64,000 nt of DNA from Bacteroidia bacterium (lineage in GTDB: Bacteria > Bacteroidota > Bacteroidia > NS11-12g > UBA9320). The stretch lies in NCBI GenBank assembly GCA_965655315.1, contig CBFHGJ010000004.1:4382-68381 (forward strand), in the 5' to 3' direction. Below the pieces are notes generated by a model, which saw only the letters and a program-made list of their open reading frames with translations, was not told where the DNA came from and searched no databases. This document shows positions 20,045 to 29,769 of the stretch, in pieces. Each line of letters starts with the position of its first letter. The stretch's first letter is position 1. A program made the position numbers and the translations under genes.

Positions 20045-21382
20045 TTACCTATTAAAAAGCAGCCTTTCTCCTAATTGACTTTCATCGAAGCTGCCATTGG
20101 AATAAGCTAGATGACCAGATACAATAGTACTTTCAATCACATGGCTAAATTCTTTCCCGTCTAGCGGACTCCACCCACATTTGTAATGAAGATTCGACTT
20201 GGCTACTTTTTCATTTGCGTTTGGATTTACAATCACCACATCTGCATAATACCCTTCTCTCAAATATCCTCTTTTCTCTACCGCAAATAGCTCTGCCGGG
20301 GCGTGACACATCTTATGAATAACCCGGGGAACGGATATCCTTCCTTCTTTAGCGTGTTCTAACATGAGCTGCAAGCTATGCTGCACTAGAGGTAATCCAC
20401 TTGGAGCTTTAGCATACTTATTTTGCTTTTCTGCCCAGGTATGTGGAGCGTGATCTGTAGCGATTATATCAAAATGATCGTCATTCAGTGCTTTCCACAA
20501 TGCATCTTGATCACTAGCTGATTTAATAGCTGGGTTACACTTTATCTGGCTTCCTTTTGTCTCATAAAAAGTATCGTTGAAACTTAAGTGATGTACGCAA
20601 ACTTCAGCCGTAAGTCTTTTCTCGGCCATTGGAATCTTATTTGTGAATAGCTCTACCTCTTTTGCGGTGGAGATATGTAAAATATGTAACCTGGCATTGT
20701 ATTCTTTGGCCAAGTCACTAGCCATTTTACTGCTTAAATAACAAGCTTCCTCATCTCGGATTATCGGATGAGCACTTATAGGAATATCTTCTCCATATTT
20801 TTCAACGAACTTGGCTGTATTTCGTCTTACGGTACCTTCATCTTCACAGTGTGTAGCAATCAGCATAGGTGTCTGAGAAAAGATACCACGGAGCGTAGTT
20901 TCATTGTCTACAAGCATATTTCCTGTGCTACTTCCCATAAATAACTTTAGCCCGCATACGTCACGTGAATTGGTCTTTAGGACTTCCTCTATGTTGTCAT
21001 TGGTTCCTCCCATAAAAAAAGAGTAGTTGGCCAAAGAACACTGACTTGCTCTATCATATTTTTTTGCTAATTCTTCCTGAGAAGTACTTTGGGGTACTGT
21101 GTTGGGCATTTCCATATAACTGGTTGTTCCACCAGCAACAGCTGCTTTTGCTTCTGTATAAATTTCTGCTTTGTGAGTAAGTCCAGGTTCTCTGAAGTGT
21201 ACTTGATCATCTATCACTCCAGGAACAATCCACTTCCCTTGGGCATTTATTAACTTATCTGCACTCTTGTTAATTCCCTTTTCCGATATTTCTGCTATGT
21301 ATTTGTCTTCTATATAAATATCAGCTTGGTACTGCTTACCCTCATTTATCAGAAGTCCGTTTTTAATTAATATTGATGCCAT
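20045..21382 (-). CDS. pyrC: dihydroorotase (cyclic amidohydrolase family)
   Basis: 445 aa. Metal-binding HxH region (DDQVHFREPGLTHK) and amidohydrolase-fold motifs. Confidence 0.8.
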   Translation of the reverse strand: MASILIKNGLLINEGKQYQADIYIEDKYIAEISEKGINKSADKLINAQGKWIVPGVIDDQVHFREPGLTHKAEIYTEAKAAVAGGTTSYMEMPNTVPQSTSQEELAKKYDRASQCSLANYSFFMGGTNDNIEEVLKTNSRDVCGLKLFMGSSTGNMLVDNETTLRGIFSQTPMLIATHCEDEGTVRRNTAKFVEKYGEDIPISAHPIIRDEEACYLSSKMASDLAKEYNARLHILHISTAKEVELFTNKIPMAEKRLTAEVCVHHLSFNDTFYETKGSQIKCNPAIKSASDQDALWKALNDDHFDIIATDHAPHTWAEKQNKYAKAPSGLPLVQHSLQLMLEHAKEGRISVPRVIHKMCHAPAELFAVEKRGYLREGYYADVVIVNPNANEKVAKSNLHYKCGWSPLDGKEFSHVIESTIVSGHLAYSNGSFDESQLGERLLFNR

Positions 21383-21469
21383 ATTGTTAAACCTTACAAA
21401 TCAACAGTAGAATCAATAATTATCCTACTTCAATACCAAATAATTGTAGTTTGAAAAGTGATTCTAAAC

Positions 21470-23998
21470 TTAAAACAGCGGAGTAACTGTCCCTTTTCTA
21501 GTCCTTGCTTGCCCATCACATCCTCTATAGTATGCGTAATAGATATAAGCAGCCTGAGTAGCTCGCTTGCCTTTATAAAAACCATCCCAGTTGGGAGTAT
21601 CTGAAGTTCTGGAGTCAAAGACTTTTTCTCCCCATCTATTAAAAATAAGTATATAGTATTCAGTCTGTTTAACAGACTCACTGAATGGGAACATATCATT
21701 CAGTTGATCATCGTTTGGAGTAAAGCTATTCGGGATATAAATATCATTGGGCAACGCTCCTTCGTCAACTATGACCTCGAGTGTATCAATATCGAAACAT
21801 CCTGAATCGTCCGTAATTTTCACTGAATAAGATCCACCATCTCTAATAGAAATTTGTTGTTCATTACTTCCTACATTCCACTCGTAAGCAAATCCTGCTG
21901 GAGCTGACAATAGCGTAGGACTGTTCTTACAAATAGTGGTATCATTTCCTAGTGAAAGTCTTGGAGACTGAGACAATGTCAATGTTACAGAATCCACAGC
22001 TACACAACCATTTGTATCTCTCACCTCTACTTTATAAAATCCAGGTTGATTTACTTGAATAGTTTTAGATACGTCATTTGTGTTCCAGTTATAAAATGCT
22101 CTATCAGTTCCTGCATCTAGTACAACATTTAATGAATCACAGTAATTGCGGTCTTCCCCTAAATCTAAACTAACTACTGGATTTAGAATATTAAATGTAT
22201 CTCGTTTTCTACAATGCTTTTGCTGTGATTCCACCCAATATTGCCCAAATATGCTGATTTGGCTAGTAAGTCCTTGATCACCATTTGACCAAGAATAAGT
22301 TGCGTCAGGGAATTGTTCTACGGTAGCTGTATGAATGAACTCATTGCAGTACAATGCATCTGGCACCTCGGGTTGATCTGCTACCCTTACTGTCATATCT
22401 TTAGACAAAGCACAATTGCCATTGGCTGCGGTCACAGAATATGTTCCCGGCTCAGTAATTGTCACTGTAGTAAATGTATCTTGTGGACTCGTCGTCCACG
22501 CAAACTTGATCTCAGGACGTTTATTTGGCATTTGTAACTCAGCCTCGAGTAAAACCTCATCACAGAAGAGCGTATCTTCAATGAGTGAAAAGTCAGGTAT
22601 TGCATCTAGTCCAATATTGATTTCATCTGTATACGAGCACTCACCATAGGATACGGTAACAGAATATGTTCCCGTATCTCTTACGGTAATGGAATATCGA
22701 GTAGAACCTGTATTCCATAATATATCTGGAGCATCCGGATCTCTAGTATATAGATCTAGCACAAAATCATTACAGTATACTTTGTCTTCACCAAGATCAA
22801 ACGGAGGAGAAGACCTAATACGTACTTGATATTCATACTCATCTTCGCATTCATCAGATTTTACAGTAAGAGTAATAGTATAGTCCCCATTCCCTGGATA
22901 GGCATACTCCACGGGATCATTGATATCATAAGTTATTAACTTATCATCTTCTGTATCTGGAACCCCAAAGTCCCAATGAAACTCTGCGGATATACTAGGC
23001 TCTACAAAACTTAGATTCGTGAGCTTTACAGTATCTTCACATCCAAAAGAATAAATTCCATTTTCTACATCTCCTCCGTTTAGCCTATAATTTGCTAGAA
23101 TATTAAAATCACATTGAATTACGCTTATTTGGTAATCTCTTCTAGTAACTCCTAAAAGTAGACCATCTCTCCATTCTTCTACCAGCAATCCAATGACGTA
23201 GACTCCTCTTTCAGTTGGTGTCATAGTCAATCTTCCGGTTCGTGCATCAAGATTTAGTGCTGGTTCACCTGGAATAGGATTCTTAGAATCATACCCGTTG
23301 GCCCAAAATACACTTTGAAAATCAGGTCTATCATACCATTGTTGTGAACTTGGTCTGATCCGTTCATCAGGTGCTCGTGCTCCACCTCTGTACGGCGTAG
23401 ACATTTTGTAAGCTAGAGAGTCTCCATCAAAATCAAACGCCTCTTGCGTAATATCTAAAGGAGCATCCACGCAGATATAAATCGGAGGTATATCAGTGAA
23501 TAATGGACTGCTGTTTTCTATTCGACTAGGGGGAATGGTTGTCCAAGCAGTAAATCCAGTAGCTTCAGGAGTCACGATATTATCAATTATCCTATTTCTG
23601 CAACACCGTTGCCACGCTAAAATTACACCATTTTCACCTGGATCTATTTGTACTTCTGCACTGTACAGATATGCCGTTACACAAACATTTCTTGGACCAT
23701 TTATGCATGCATAATCCTCACTCTTGGTTACCTGAGTTTGATTGAATGTACTGACAGTAAAGTCTCTTTGAAACTGTTTTGTCTTAGCATCCCACTGGGA
23801 AATGTACAACGTCTGATCTGAGGCGATTGCTTGAGGATTCCCATTTTCACAATCAAAAAATATCTGAGCAGTAACTCTATAGGTATTCGTTTCTCGGTCT
23901 AGTAACCTGTACATCAATTCACCTCCAACTATATGTGTAGCAAAGCCTAAGGTGGCTTGAACTAGTAAAATTGATATGAATATTAACCGATAAATCAC
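21470..23998 (-). CDS. T9SS type-B C-terminal-domain cargo protein (gliding motility-associated C-terminal domain protein)
   Basis: 842 aa with a signal peptide. C-terminus …IYIPNSFTPNDDQLNDMFPF…ILIFNRWGEKVFDS…NWDGFYKGK… matches the type-B CTD. Confidence 0.85.
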   Translation of the reverse strand: MIYRLIFISILLVQATLGFATHIVGGELMYRLLDRETNTYRVTAQIFFDCENGNPQAIASDQTLYISQWDAKTKQFQRDFTVSTFNQTQVTKSEDYACINGPRNVCVTAYLYSAEVQIDPGENGVILAWQRCCRNRIIDNIVTPEATGFTAWTTIPPSRIENSSPLFTDIPPIYICVDAPLDITQEAFDFDGDSLAYKMSTPYRGGARAPDERIRPSSQQWYDRPDFQSVFWANGYDSKNPIPGEPALNLDARTGRLTMTPTERGVYVIGLLVEEWRDGLLLGVTRRDYQISVIQCDFNILANYRLNGGDVENGIYSFGCEDTVKLTNLSFVEPSISAEFHWDFGVPDTEDDKLITYDINDPVEYAYPGNGDYTITLTVKSDECEDEYEYQVRIRSSPPFDLGEDKVYCNDFVLDLYTRDPDAPDILWNTGSTRYSITVRDTGTYSVTVSYGECSYTDEINIGLDAIPDFSLIEDTLFCDEVLLEAELQMPNKRPEIKFAWTTSPQDTFTTVTITEPGTYSVTAANGNCALSKDMTVRVADQPEVPDALYCNEFIHTATVEQFPDATYSWSNGDQGLTSQISIFGQYWVESQQKHCRKRDTFNILNPVVSLDLGEDRNYCDSLNVVLDAGTDRAFYNWNTNDVSKTIQVNQPGFYKVEVRDTNGCVAVDSVTLTLSQSPRLSLGNDTTICKNSPTLLSAPAGFAYEWNVGSNEQQISIRDGGSYSVKITDDSGCFDIDTLEVIVDEGALPNDIYIPNSFTPNDDQLNDMFPFSESVKQTEYYILIFNRWGEKVFDSRTSDTPNWDGFYKGKRATQAAYIYYAYYRGCDGQARTRKGTVTPLF

Positions 23999-24011
23999 GT
24001 AAACTGACTTA

Positions 24012-24019
24012 CAAATATA
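24012..24019 (-). promoter_or_regulatory. candidate Bacteroidetes -7 promoter box TATATTTG (minus strand) for the 842-aa T9SS cargo gene
   Basis: Plus-strand CAAATATA is TAnnTTTG on the minus strand, 14-21 nt upstream of the ATG. Embedded in a region with nested inverted repeats (CTGAC…GTCAG, CTTACA…TGTAAG). Confidence 0.3.
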
Positions 24020-24206
24020 TGTACTGTAAGTTTGGTCTGTCAGACTTAATATAATTATGACAAAACCTAGATGAAAACAATTCTATCTATATATAGACAA
24101 TTGGAATAACTAAAAGGTTGAAAACTTGGCCTTATTAAGCCAATAGACATCAATAATTTCTTAAAAATTACTAATTCAAGACTACATATACTGTAATTTA
24201 GCTAGC

Positions 24207-25070
24207 CTAAAAATTGAAAATTCTGGCAATGTTAAACCCAAATCTTACATCACCGTCTAACCATTTGGCATTTGTATCAGTGATAAAGGCTTTTTCAAAC
24301 GGACCGCTGCTATTAGTGAAAAATAGCTGAAATACATGTCCTCCAGTTTCTATATCAAAACCAAGTGATAATACGTTAGTTCTATTGGTCTCAAGTTGAT
24401 CGGGAAGCACATAAAAGTACTCAAAGTTTAGCGTAGTTCTAGTTGTAAGCTTCTGACGAATCCCAACCCCGAGTGAAAATATATCATTTGCCAAAGAATC
24501 AGCTGACACTAAATTTTCATGGACTAAAGTCGGAGTAAGTTGCACACTTAATCCTTCGGTAAACTTCCGTGCAAGTAGCAGCTGATGTACATAGTGTAAT
24601 CTGCTAGAAAAAAGATTTTCTCTTTCTGGCTGGGTGAATCTTAAGGTGCTCACTCCAGCATGACTCATCCAAACCGCTGATACGGGCATTTCTTTAGCCC
24701 CACTAGACTGCCTTAGGAATTTGTACTTGACAAAACCATCATAAGTTTTATCGACCGTGCTTCGCCCAAGGCCAATGTTTAGATTGTCGGTAATACCATA
24801 ATCGCCTCCTATTCTCATAGTCGCTTGATCTAGACCAAACAACTCATACGCACCGCCACTTAAGAAACCAAATCTATGTGATATCTTGAAGTCAAACTCT
24901 CGCTTAGCTACAGTCTCTATACTATGTCCATTGACTACTCTATTTGTTTTGAAAGTCGCTGTAGTATAATTCGTAATAGGCTCATCATCATCCAGTAAAT
25001 CTAGACCTTGGCCATAACTCGCATGTATAAAGAAACAGATTAGGAAACCGAACAGTATTCTACTCATCAT
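24207..25070 (-). CDS. outer-membrane beta-barrel-like protein, unknown function
   Basis: 287 aa with a signal peptide and alternating amphipathic beta-strand pattern. The C-terminus ends in F (…RIFNF), typical of OM barrels. Confidence 0.5.
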   Translation of the reverse strand: MMSRILFGFLICFFIHASYGQGLDLLDDDEPITNYTTATFKTNRVVNGHSIETVAKREFDFKISHRFGFLSGGAYELFGLDQATMRIGGDYGITDNLNIGLGRSTVDKTYDGFVKYKFLRQSSGAKEMPVSAVWMSHAGVSTLRFTQPERENLFSSRLHYVHQLLLARKFTEGLSVQLTPTLVHENLVSADSLANDIFSLGVGIRQKLTTRTTLNFEYFYVLPDQLETNRTNVLSLGFDIETGGHVFQLFFTNSSGPFEKAFITDTNAKWLDGDVRFGFNIARIFNF

Positions 25071-25105
25071 ATCAATTTAGGCAAAGCTAAAGGAGGCAGT
25101 TCGTA

Positions 25106-25687
25106 CTAGTGTGAGTGCGTATAATCAGCATCTACCGTAATTTCAATTTCACGGGAGATCTTATTACTGACTACTTTCGGTATTTCGATATTATAGTCCT
25201 CAGGATTAAGGATAAACTTAGTCATTCCATTTACGGTGCTATTGTTTACTTTGAAAGTAGACGTAGTTGAAACCTCTTTAGTTACTCCTTTAATAGTTAA
25301 TTCACCCATCACGGTGGCAGTATAATTTCCGTTTGTGGAAAAATCAATAGCCTCTACGTTTTCAATCATTCCATTAAAAGTTGCCTTTGGGAACTTGGTA
25401 CTTTCCATGTAATTCTCATTAAAATGCTCCTGCATCAGTGCTTTAGCAAATTCAAAATCTTTTACCAAAACACTGAATTGAATCTTACCTGAGCTCGCAT
25501 CAAATGCAGTTTTAACCTTATGGTTGATGGCTGAGATATCTTCTACATTAGTATGACTGAAAAAACTGATGTTTCCTGTATTTGTCTTATACACCCCGCC
25601 ACCGTGGTTGGTAAATGCAAAAAGTGCTAGAGCAGCAAAGCCTACTAATATCATAGTTAAGCGTCTGGTTTGTTTATTTTTATTCAT
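25106..25687 (-). CDS. YceI family periplasmic protein (polyisoprenoid-binding)
   Basis: 193 aa with a signal peptide and YceI-like motifs (…ISFFSHTNVEDISA…DASSGKIQFSV…KFPKATF…). Confidence 0.78.
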   Translation of the reverse strand: MNKNKQTRRLTMILVGFAALALFAFTNHGGGVYKTNTGNISFFSHTNVEDISAINHKVKTAFDASSGKIQFSVLVKDFEFAKALMQEHFNENYMESTKFPKATFNGMIENVEAIDFSTNGNYTATVMGELTIKGVTKEVSTTSTFKVNNSTVNGMTKFILNPEDYNIEIPKVVSNKISREIEITVDADYTHSH

Positions 25688-25699
25688 ATCTATATTTTG

Positions 25700-26140
25700 T
25701 TATTCAATAATTATGCAGTTTGACATTACTACGTCTATATCCGCTAGTAAGTCCAGTTCTTCAGAACCATTTATTCCTTTACACAGTCCTTTCACTTTTA
25801 CGCTCTGACCCTCCTTGATTTTTTCGAGTTTACTTTTCTCCTCAGGTTTAAAACCGCATCTAATATAACCGTTGTCTCCATTGGCTTCTAATACAATTTG
25901 GGGTTCCAGTTCGTTGCCGAAATCTTTTTGATAAACGACCCCATTTACTCCAATAACTTGATCCGCAAACTGTGCCATTGCTTGTGCTTCTCCAAGATCA
26001 AAAACCGTGAATAACTCTTCAGCCGAAAAGGATTTTAGTACTTCTGTTGCCTGCACATCAGTGTGAGGTTTATTGTACATTTTATATCCTATAAACCCTA
26101 CGGCTAGTATGGCAATTAGTATAATTAGGGTTTTTTTCAT
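25700..26140 (-). CDS. membrane-anchored OB-fold-like protein (tRNA_anti-like/DUF family), hypothetical
   Basis: 146 aa with an N-terminal TM/signal anchor. Resembles small Bacteroidetes OB-fold lipoprotein families. Confidence 0.4.
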   Translation of the reverse strand: MKKTLIILIAILAVGFIGYKMYNKPHTDVQATEVLKSFSAEELFTVFDLGEAQAMAQFADQVIGVNGVVYQKDFGNELEPQIVLEANGDNGYIRCGFKPEEKSKLEKIKEGQSVKVKGLCKGINGSEELDLLADIDVVMSNCIIIE

Positions 26141-26146
26141 AGTCTA

Positions 26147-26551
26147 TTAGTTATTTTGAGCTCCGTCATAGATCCAAGCCTCGATCTGGTCTATAGAGCA
26201 CTGATTTATCGTACTTGGACTTCCTTGAGGCATTGCTTTAAAACCGTCACTATGCTTTATACTTCCTAGAAGGCGTCCATTGTCAACATATATTTTTACA
26301 TCAGTGTAGTTGTCCAGATTTATACTTCCCCCTGGATTAGTAGTATTATGGCAACTGATGCATCCGTTATTTTCTAAAATACCAATCACTTCAGCAGTAT
26401 AGGATATACCTTCAGTTTCACAATCACTTTTTTCGTACAAATCCTCTTCGTTGTTATAAACACAAGCTGATATTGAAATCAACACTAACCCTAAAATATA
26501 TATCCGTATTGCAGACATTCGGTCAAATATAGTCAGGAATGCGTTTGTCAA
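26147..26551 (-). CDS. small monoheme c-type cytochrome-like lipoprotein
   Basis: 134 aa with a signal peptide and Cys (ISACVYN). Heme-binding CxxCH motif (CISCH) and a downstream Met (KAMPQG) as a plausible axial ligand. Confidence 0.55.
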   Translation of the reverse strand: MTNAFLTIFDRMSAIRIYILGLVLISISACVYNNEEDLYEKSDCETEGISYTAEVIGILENNGCISCHNTTNPGGSINLDNYTDVKIYVDNGRLLGSIKHSDGFKAMPQGSPSTINQCSIDQIEAWIYDGAQNN

Positions 26552-26577
26552 TCTTCTGAATAAAACATTTGACCTTA

Positions 26578-28116
26578 TTATAACGGAATGTTGCCGTGTT
26601 TCTTTTTAGGCAGATGATCCACTTTGTTTTCTAGCATTGCAAATGCTTTTATAAGTTTTATTCTCGTTTGTTCCGGGAAAATCACTTCATCTACAAACCC
26701 ACGCTCAGCTGCTCTATAAGGATTTGCAAATATCTCAGCATATTCAGCTTCCTTTTCTGCCAAGGCTTTTGCTGGATCATCTGACGCTTGAATCTCTCTT
26801 CTAAAAATAATCTCTGCGGCACCTTTTGCTCCCATAACTGCAATCTCAGCACTTGGCCAAGCAAAATTCATATCTGCCCCGATATGCTTACTGTTCATTA
26901 CATCATAAGCCCCGCCATACGCCTTTCTTGTAATCACTGTGATACGAGGAACTGTAGCTTCACTAAAAGCATATAACAGCTTTGCTCCATTGGTAATTAT
27001 TGCATTCCATTCTTGGTCAGTACCAGGCAAAAACCCGGGTACATCTTCAAATACCAATAGTGGAATATTAAAGCAATCGCAGAATCGAACAAAACGAGCT
27101 CCTTTTTGAGATGACGACACGTCTAAAACCCCTGCCAGGTATGCAGGTTGATTTGCTACAATTCCAATACTTCTGCCCGCTAAACGAGCAAAACCAACTA
27201 CAATATTTGGGGCAAAATTCTCATGTATTTCAAAGAAACTATCTAGATCAATAGTACCTTTTATGACGTCTCTTATATCGTAAGGCTGGTTCGCATTATC
27301 TGGAACTATAGATGACAACTCAGCACGCTCTTCATCTCCAAGTTCAAAATCTTGTTTTGGAGCTTGTCCCTCACAATTTTGAGGCATGTAGCTGAGTAAC
27401 TTTTTAATATCTTCTATTGCTTCTAAATCATTGGCTGCAGTGAGGTGAGCTACACCACTTTTCTCTGAATGTACACTGGCTCCCCCAAGGTCTTCTGAAG
27501 TCACCTCCTCATTTGTGACAGTCTTCACTACATTCGGCCCTGTAACAAACATATAGCTCGTATCCTCTACCATCAATATGAAATCTGTAATCGCAGGTGA
27601 GTAAACTGCTCCACCAGCACAAGGTCCCATAATGGCACTAAGTTGTGGTATTACTCCACTGGCTTGTGTGTTTCTATAAAAAATGTCTGCGTAGCCACCC
27701 AATGAAACTACCCCTTCCTGTATTCTGGCACCCCCGCTATCATTTAGTCCTATGACAGGAGCTCCATTTTTCATAGCCATATCCATCACTTTACAAATCT
27801 TCTCCGCATGCGTTTCTGATAATGAGCCACCAAAAACAGTAAAGTCTTGTGAAAAAACATAAACTAAACGTCCTGAAATAGTACCATATCCTGTTACTAC
27901 ACCATCTCCAGGATAATGCAACTTATCCATTCCAAAATCTGTACTCCTATGTTTTACGAGAGCCCCTATTTCTTCAAAGGAATTTCTATCCAACAGTAAA
28001 TCTATTCGTTCTCTAGCCGTCAGTTTATTCTTTCCATGCTGGGCAGCAATTCGTTGTTCTCCTCCTCCCAGTTTTGACTCGGCTAGTTTTTGATTTAATA
28101 TGTCTCTTTTATCCAT
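26578..28116 (-). CDS. acyl-CoA carboxylase carboxyltransferase beta subunit (propionyl-CoA carboxylase beta / methylmalonyl-CoA carboxyltransferase family)
   Basis: 512 aa, full-length carboxyltransferase similarity (…RERIDLLLD…GGARIQEGV…[13 protein letters not shown]…). Confidence 0.9.
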   Translation of the reverse strand: MDKRDILNQKLAESKLGGGEQRIAAQHGKNKLTARERIDLLLDRNSFEEIGALVKHRSTDFGMDKLHYPGDGVVTGYGTISGRLVYVFSQDFTVFGGSLSETHAEKICKVMDMAMKNGAPVIGLNDSGGARIQEGVVSLGGYADIFYRNTQASGVIPQLSAIMGPCAGGAVYSPAITDFILMVEDTSYMFVTGPNVVKTVTNEEVTSEDLGGASVHSEKSGVAHLTAANDLEAIEDIKKLLSYMPQNCEGQAPKQDFELGDEERAELSSIVPDNANQPYDIRDVIKGTIDLDSFFEIHENFAPNIVVGFARLAGRSIGIVANQPAYLAGVLDVSSSQKGARFVRFCDCFNIPLLVFEDVPGFLPGTDQEWNAIITNGAKLLYAFSEATVPRITVITRKAYGGAYDVMNSKHIGADMNFAWPSAEIAVMGAKGAAEIIFRREIQASDDPAKALAEKEAEYAEIFANPYRAAERGFVDEVIFPEQTRIKLIKAFAMLENKVDHLPKKKHGNIPL

Positions 28117-28871
28117 TATTCTTCCAGTTTTGATAGGAGCTCTTCAGTAAGCTCCAAGTTATGATAAACTACCTGCACGTCGTCATCTTCTTCGAACTTG
28201 TCTAAGATTTTTAAAACGTCTTGGGCTTGTTCCACACTAAGTGCGGTTGTTGATTTAGGTATTTGTTGAATTTCGGTACTTTTAGAGTCTATAGAGAGTT
28301 CTGCCAGTTTATTTTGCATCGTTCCATAATCATCAAACGAAGTGTATAGTGTAGTAAGTTCTTCGTCTTGTTCCACTTCTTCAGCTCCTCCATCTATGAA
28401 CTCCAATTCTAGCTCATCTTTATCTTTCCCCTCTAGCACTATATTCTCGATGGTAAATACTCCTTTGGTATCAAATAAAAAACTTAACGAGCCATTGGTC
28501 CCTAAGCTCCCACCATTTTTTGTAAATATAGACCTAACAGCCGCCACAGTTCTATTGATATTGTCTGTGGTAGCTTCTACAAAAATGGCAATACCATGTG
28601 GACCATACCCTTCATAGGTTACCGTTTGAAGGTTTGCTGCTTCTGCTCCAGAACCTTTTTTTATTGCACGTTCTATTGTGTCTTTTGGAAGGTTTGCTCC
28701 TTTTCCGTTCTGCACTGCTAGTCTAAGTGCAGGGTTTGAATCTAAGTCAGGACCACTATCTCTTGCGGCTATTGTTATTTCCTTAATTATACGAGTCCAG
28801 ACTTTAGCCCTTTTTTTATCTTGAGCTGCTTTTCTGTGTTTTATATTAGCCCATTTACTATGTCCTGCCAT
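28116..28871 (-). CDS. yebC: YebC/PmpR family DNA-binding transcriptional regulator
   Basis: 251 aa. N-terminus [14 protein letters not shown] is diagnostic. Confidence 0.92.
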   Translation of the reverse strand: MAGHSKWANIKHRKAAQDKKRAKVWTRIIKEITIAARDSGPDLDSNPALRLAVQNGKGANLPKDTIERAIKKGSGAEAANLQTVTYEGYGPHGIAIFVEATTDNINRTVAAVRSIFTKNGGSLGTNGSLSFLFDTKGVFTIENIVLEGKDKDELELEFIDGGAEEVEQDEELTTLYTSFDDYGTMQNKLAELSIDSKSTEIQQIPKSTTALSVEQAQDVLKILDKFEEDDDVQVVYHNLELTEELLSKLEE

Positions 28872-28911
28872 AATACCCTTTCAGTAGGCAAACTTAATCT
28901 AATTGCATAAA

Positions 28912-28940
28912 AAAAGCTGACTGCAATGCAGCCAGCTTTT
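28912..28940. terminator. intrinsic terminator between the type-A CTD gene and yebC
   Basis: Hairpin GCTGaCTGC-AAT-GCAGcCAGC flanked by A5 and T4 tracts. Confidence 0.55.
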
Positions 28941-28961
28941 GGATTTTAAATTTTTAAGTCG

Positions 28962-29726
28962 TTAGTGTGAAACAGTAACTTTAGTAGTACTTACCTCTTC
29001 TCCGTTTGTTAACTTCAAGATGTAGATCCCATTTTCAACATCTGAAACGTTGAGCTGGATAGCACCTTGACCTAGCAAATCAGAAACTAAAGCTGACTCA
29101 ACAACTTTACCTGTAAGATCTACAAGTTCAACTTTGGTGTTGTCTAAGTTAGCATAAAGTATTTCTACGTTCAATATATCCTTTGCTGGATTAGGATATG
29201 CAGCAATTTTTCCATTGTAAGAAACTTCATTTACAGAAACCCCATTTTGATATTGGTTGTACCAAATTCCAGTAGTTGCCGATACATTATTGCTTGAATC
29301 ACTATCAACTTGAGGATTACTACGATCAAAATGATAAGCAGTAATACCTATTATTATATCAAATGAATTTCGTGCTATCAATGTAGTGTTAAGTGGTGTT
29401 TCAATTGTATATGTCCCCCCTGCGGCCATTTCTTCGGTCAATAGCGTTAGAGCAAGATTACCGGCAGCAGCGTTTTGAGGATACTGAGTTATTAGATTTT
29501 GACCTGGTTGACCATTTGGATCTAATATTAGCATAGAATATGCTATAGTATCCCCTGCACTTATAGCCCCAGTACCATTATTTTCTAAAACAATTTCCAA
29601 TGGAATTTGAGTTCCGCTAGCGGTTGATTCAAGGTTTGTTGGAGATACTGATCTTATTCCTACTTCAACCTGAGCATAGGTTAAACCAGTAATAGCCAAT
29701 AAAAATAGAGTAAGTGTTTTTTTCAT
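28962..29726 (-). CDS. small secreted protein with T9SS type-A (Por secretion system) C-terminal sorting domain
   Basis: 254 aa with a signal peptide. C-terminal about 80 aa …AAYPNPAKDILNVEI…VELVDLTGKVV…GIYILKLTNGEEVSTTKVTV matches the type-A CTD. Confidence 0.75.
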   Translation of the reverse strand: MKKTLTLFLLAITGLTYAQVEVGIRSVSPTNLESTASGTQIPLEIVLENNGTGAISAGDTIAYSMLILDPNGQPGQNLITQYPQNAAAGNLALTLLTEEMAAGGTYTIETPLNTTLIARNSFDIIIGITAYHFDRSNPQVDSDSSNNVSATTGIWYNQYQNGVSVNEVSYNGKIAAYPNPAKDILNVEILYANLDNTKVELVDLTGKVVESALVSDLLGQGAIQLNVSDVENGIYILKLTNGEEVSTTKVTVSH

Positions 29727-29769
29727 ATTTTATTAAGTTATTATTAATTCAAATTTATCGAAAAATACG

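Noticed and set aside
21430-23714. ORFs 21430..21699(-), 22313..22537(+), 22416..22649(+), 23496..23714(+)
   Set aside because: Overlap the 842-aa type-B cargo gene in other frames or the other strand. Spurious.
24207-25070. Calling the 287-aa OM barrel a PorP/SprF partner of the adjacent type-B cargo
   Set aside because: The characteristic N-terminal PorP/SprF signature is not evident and the gene is upstream rather than downstream of the cargo. Kept only as a speculative note.
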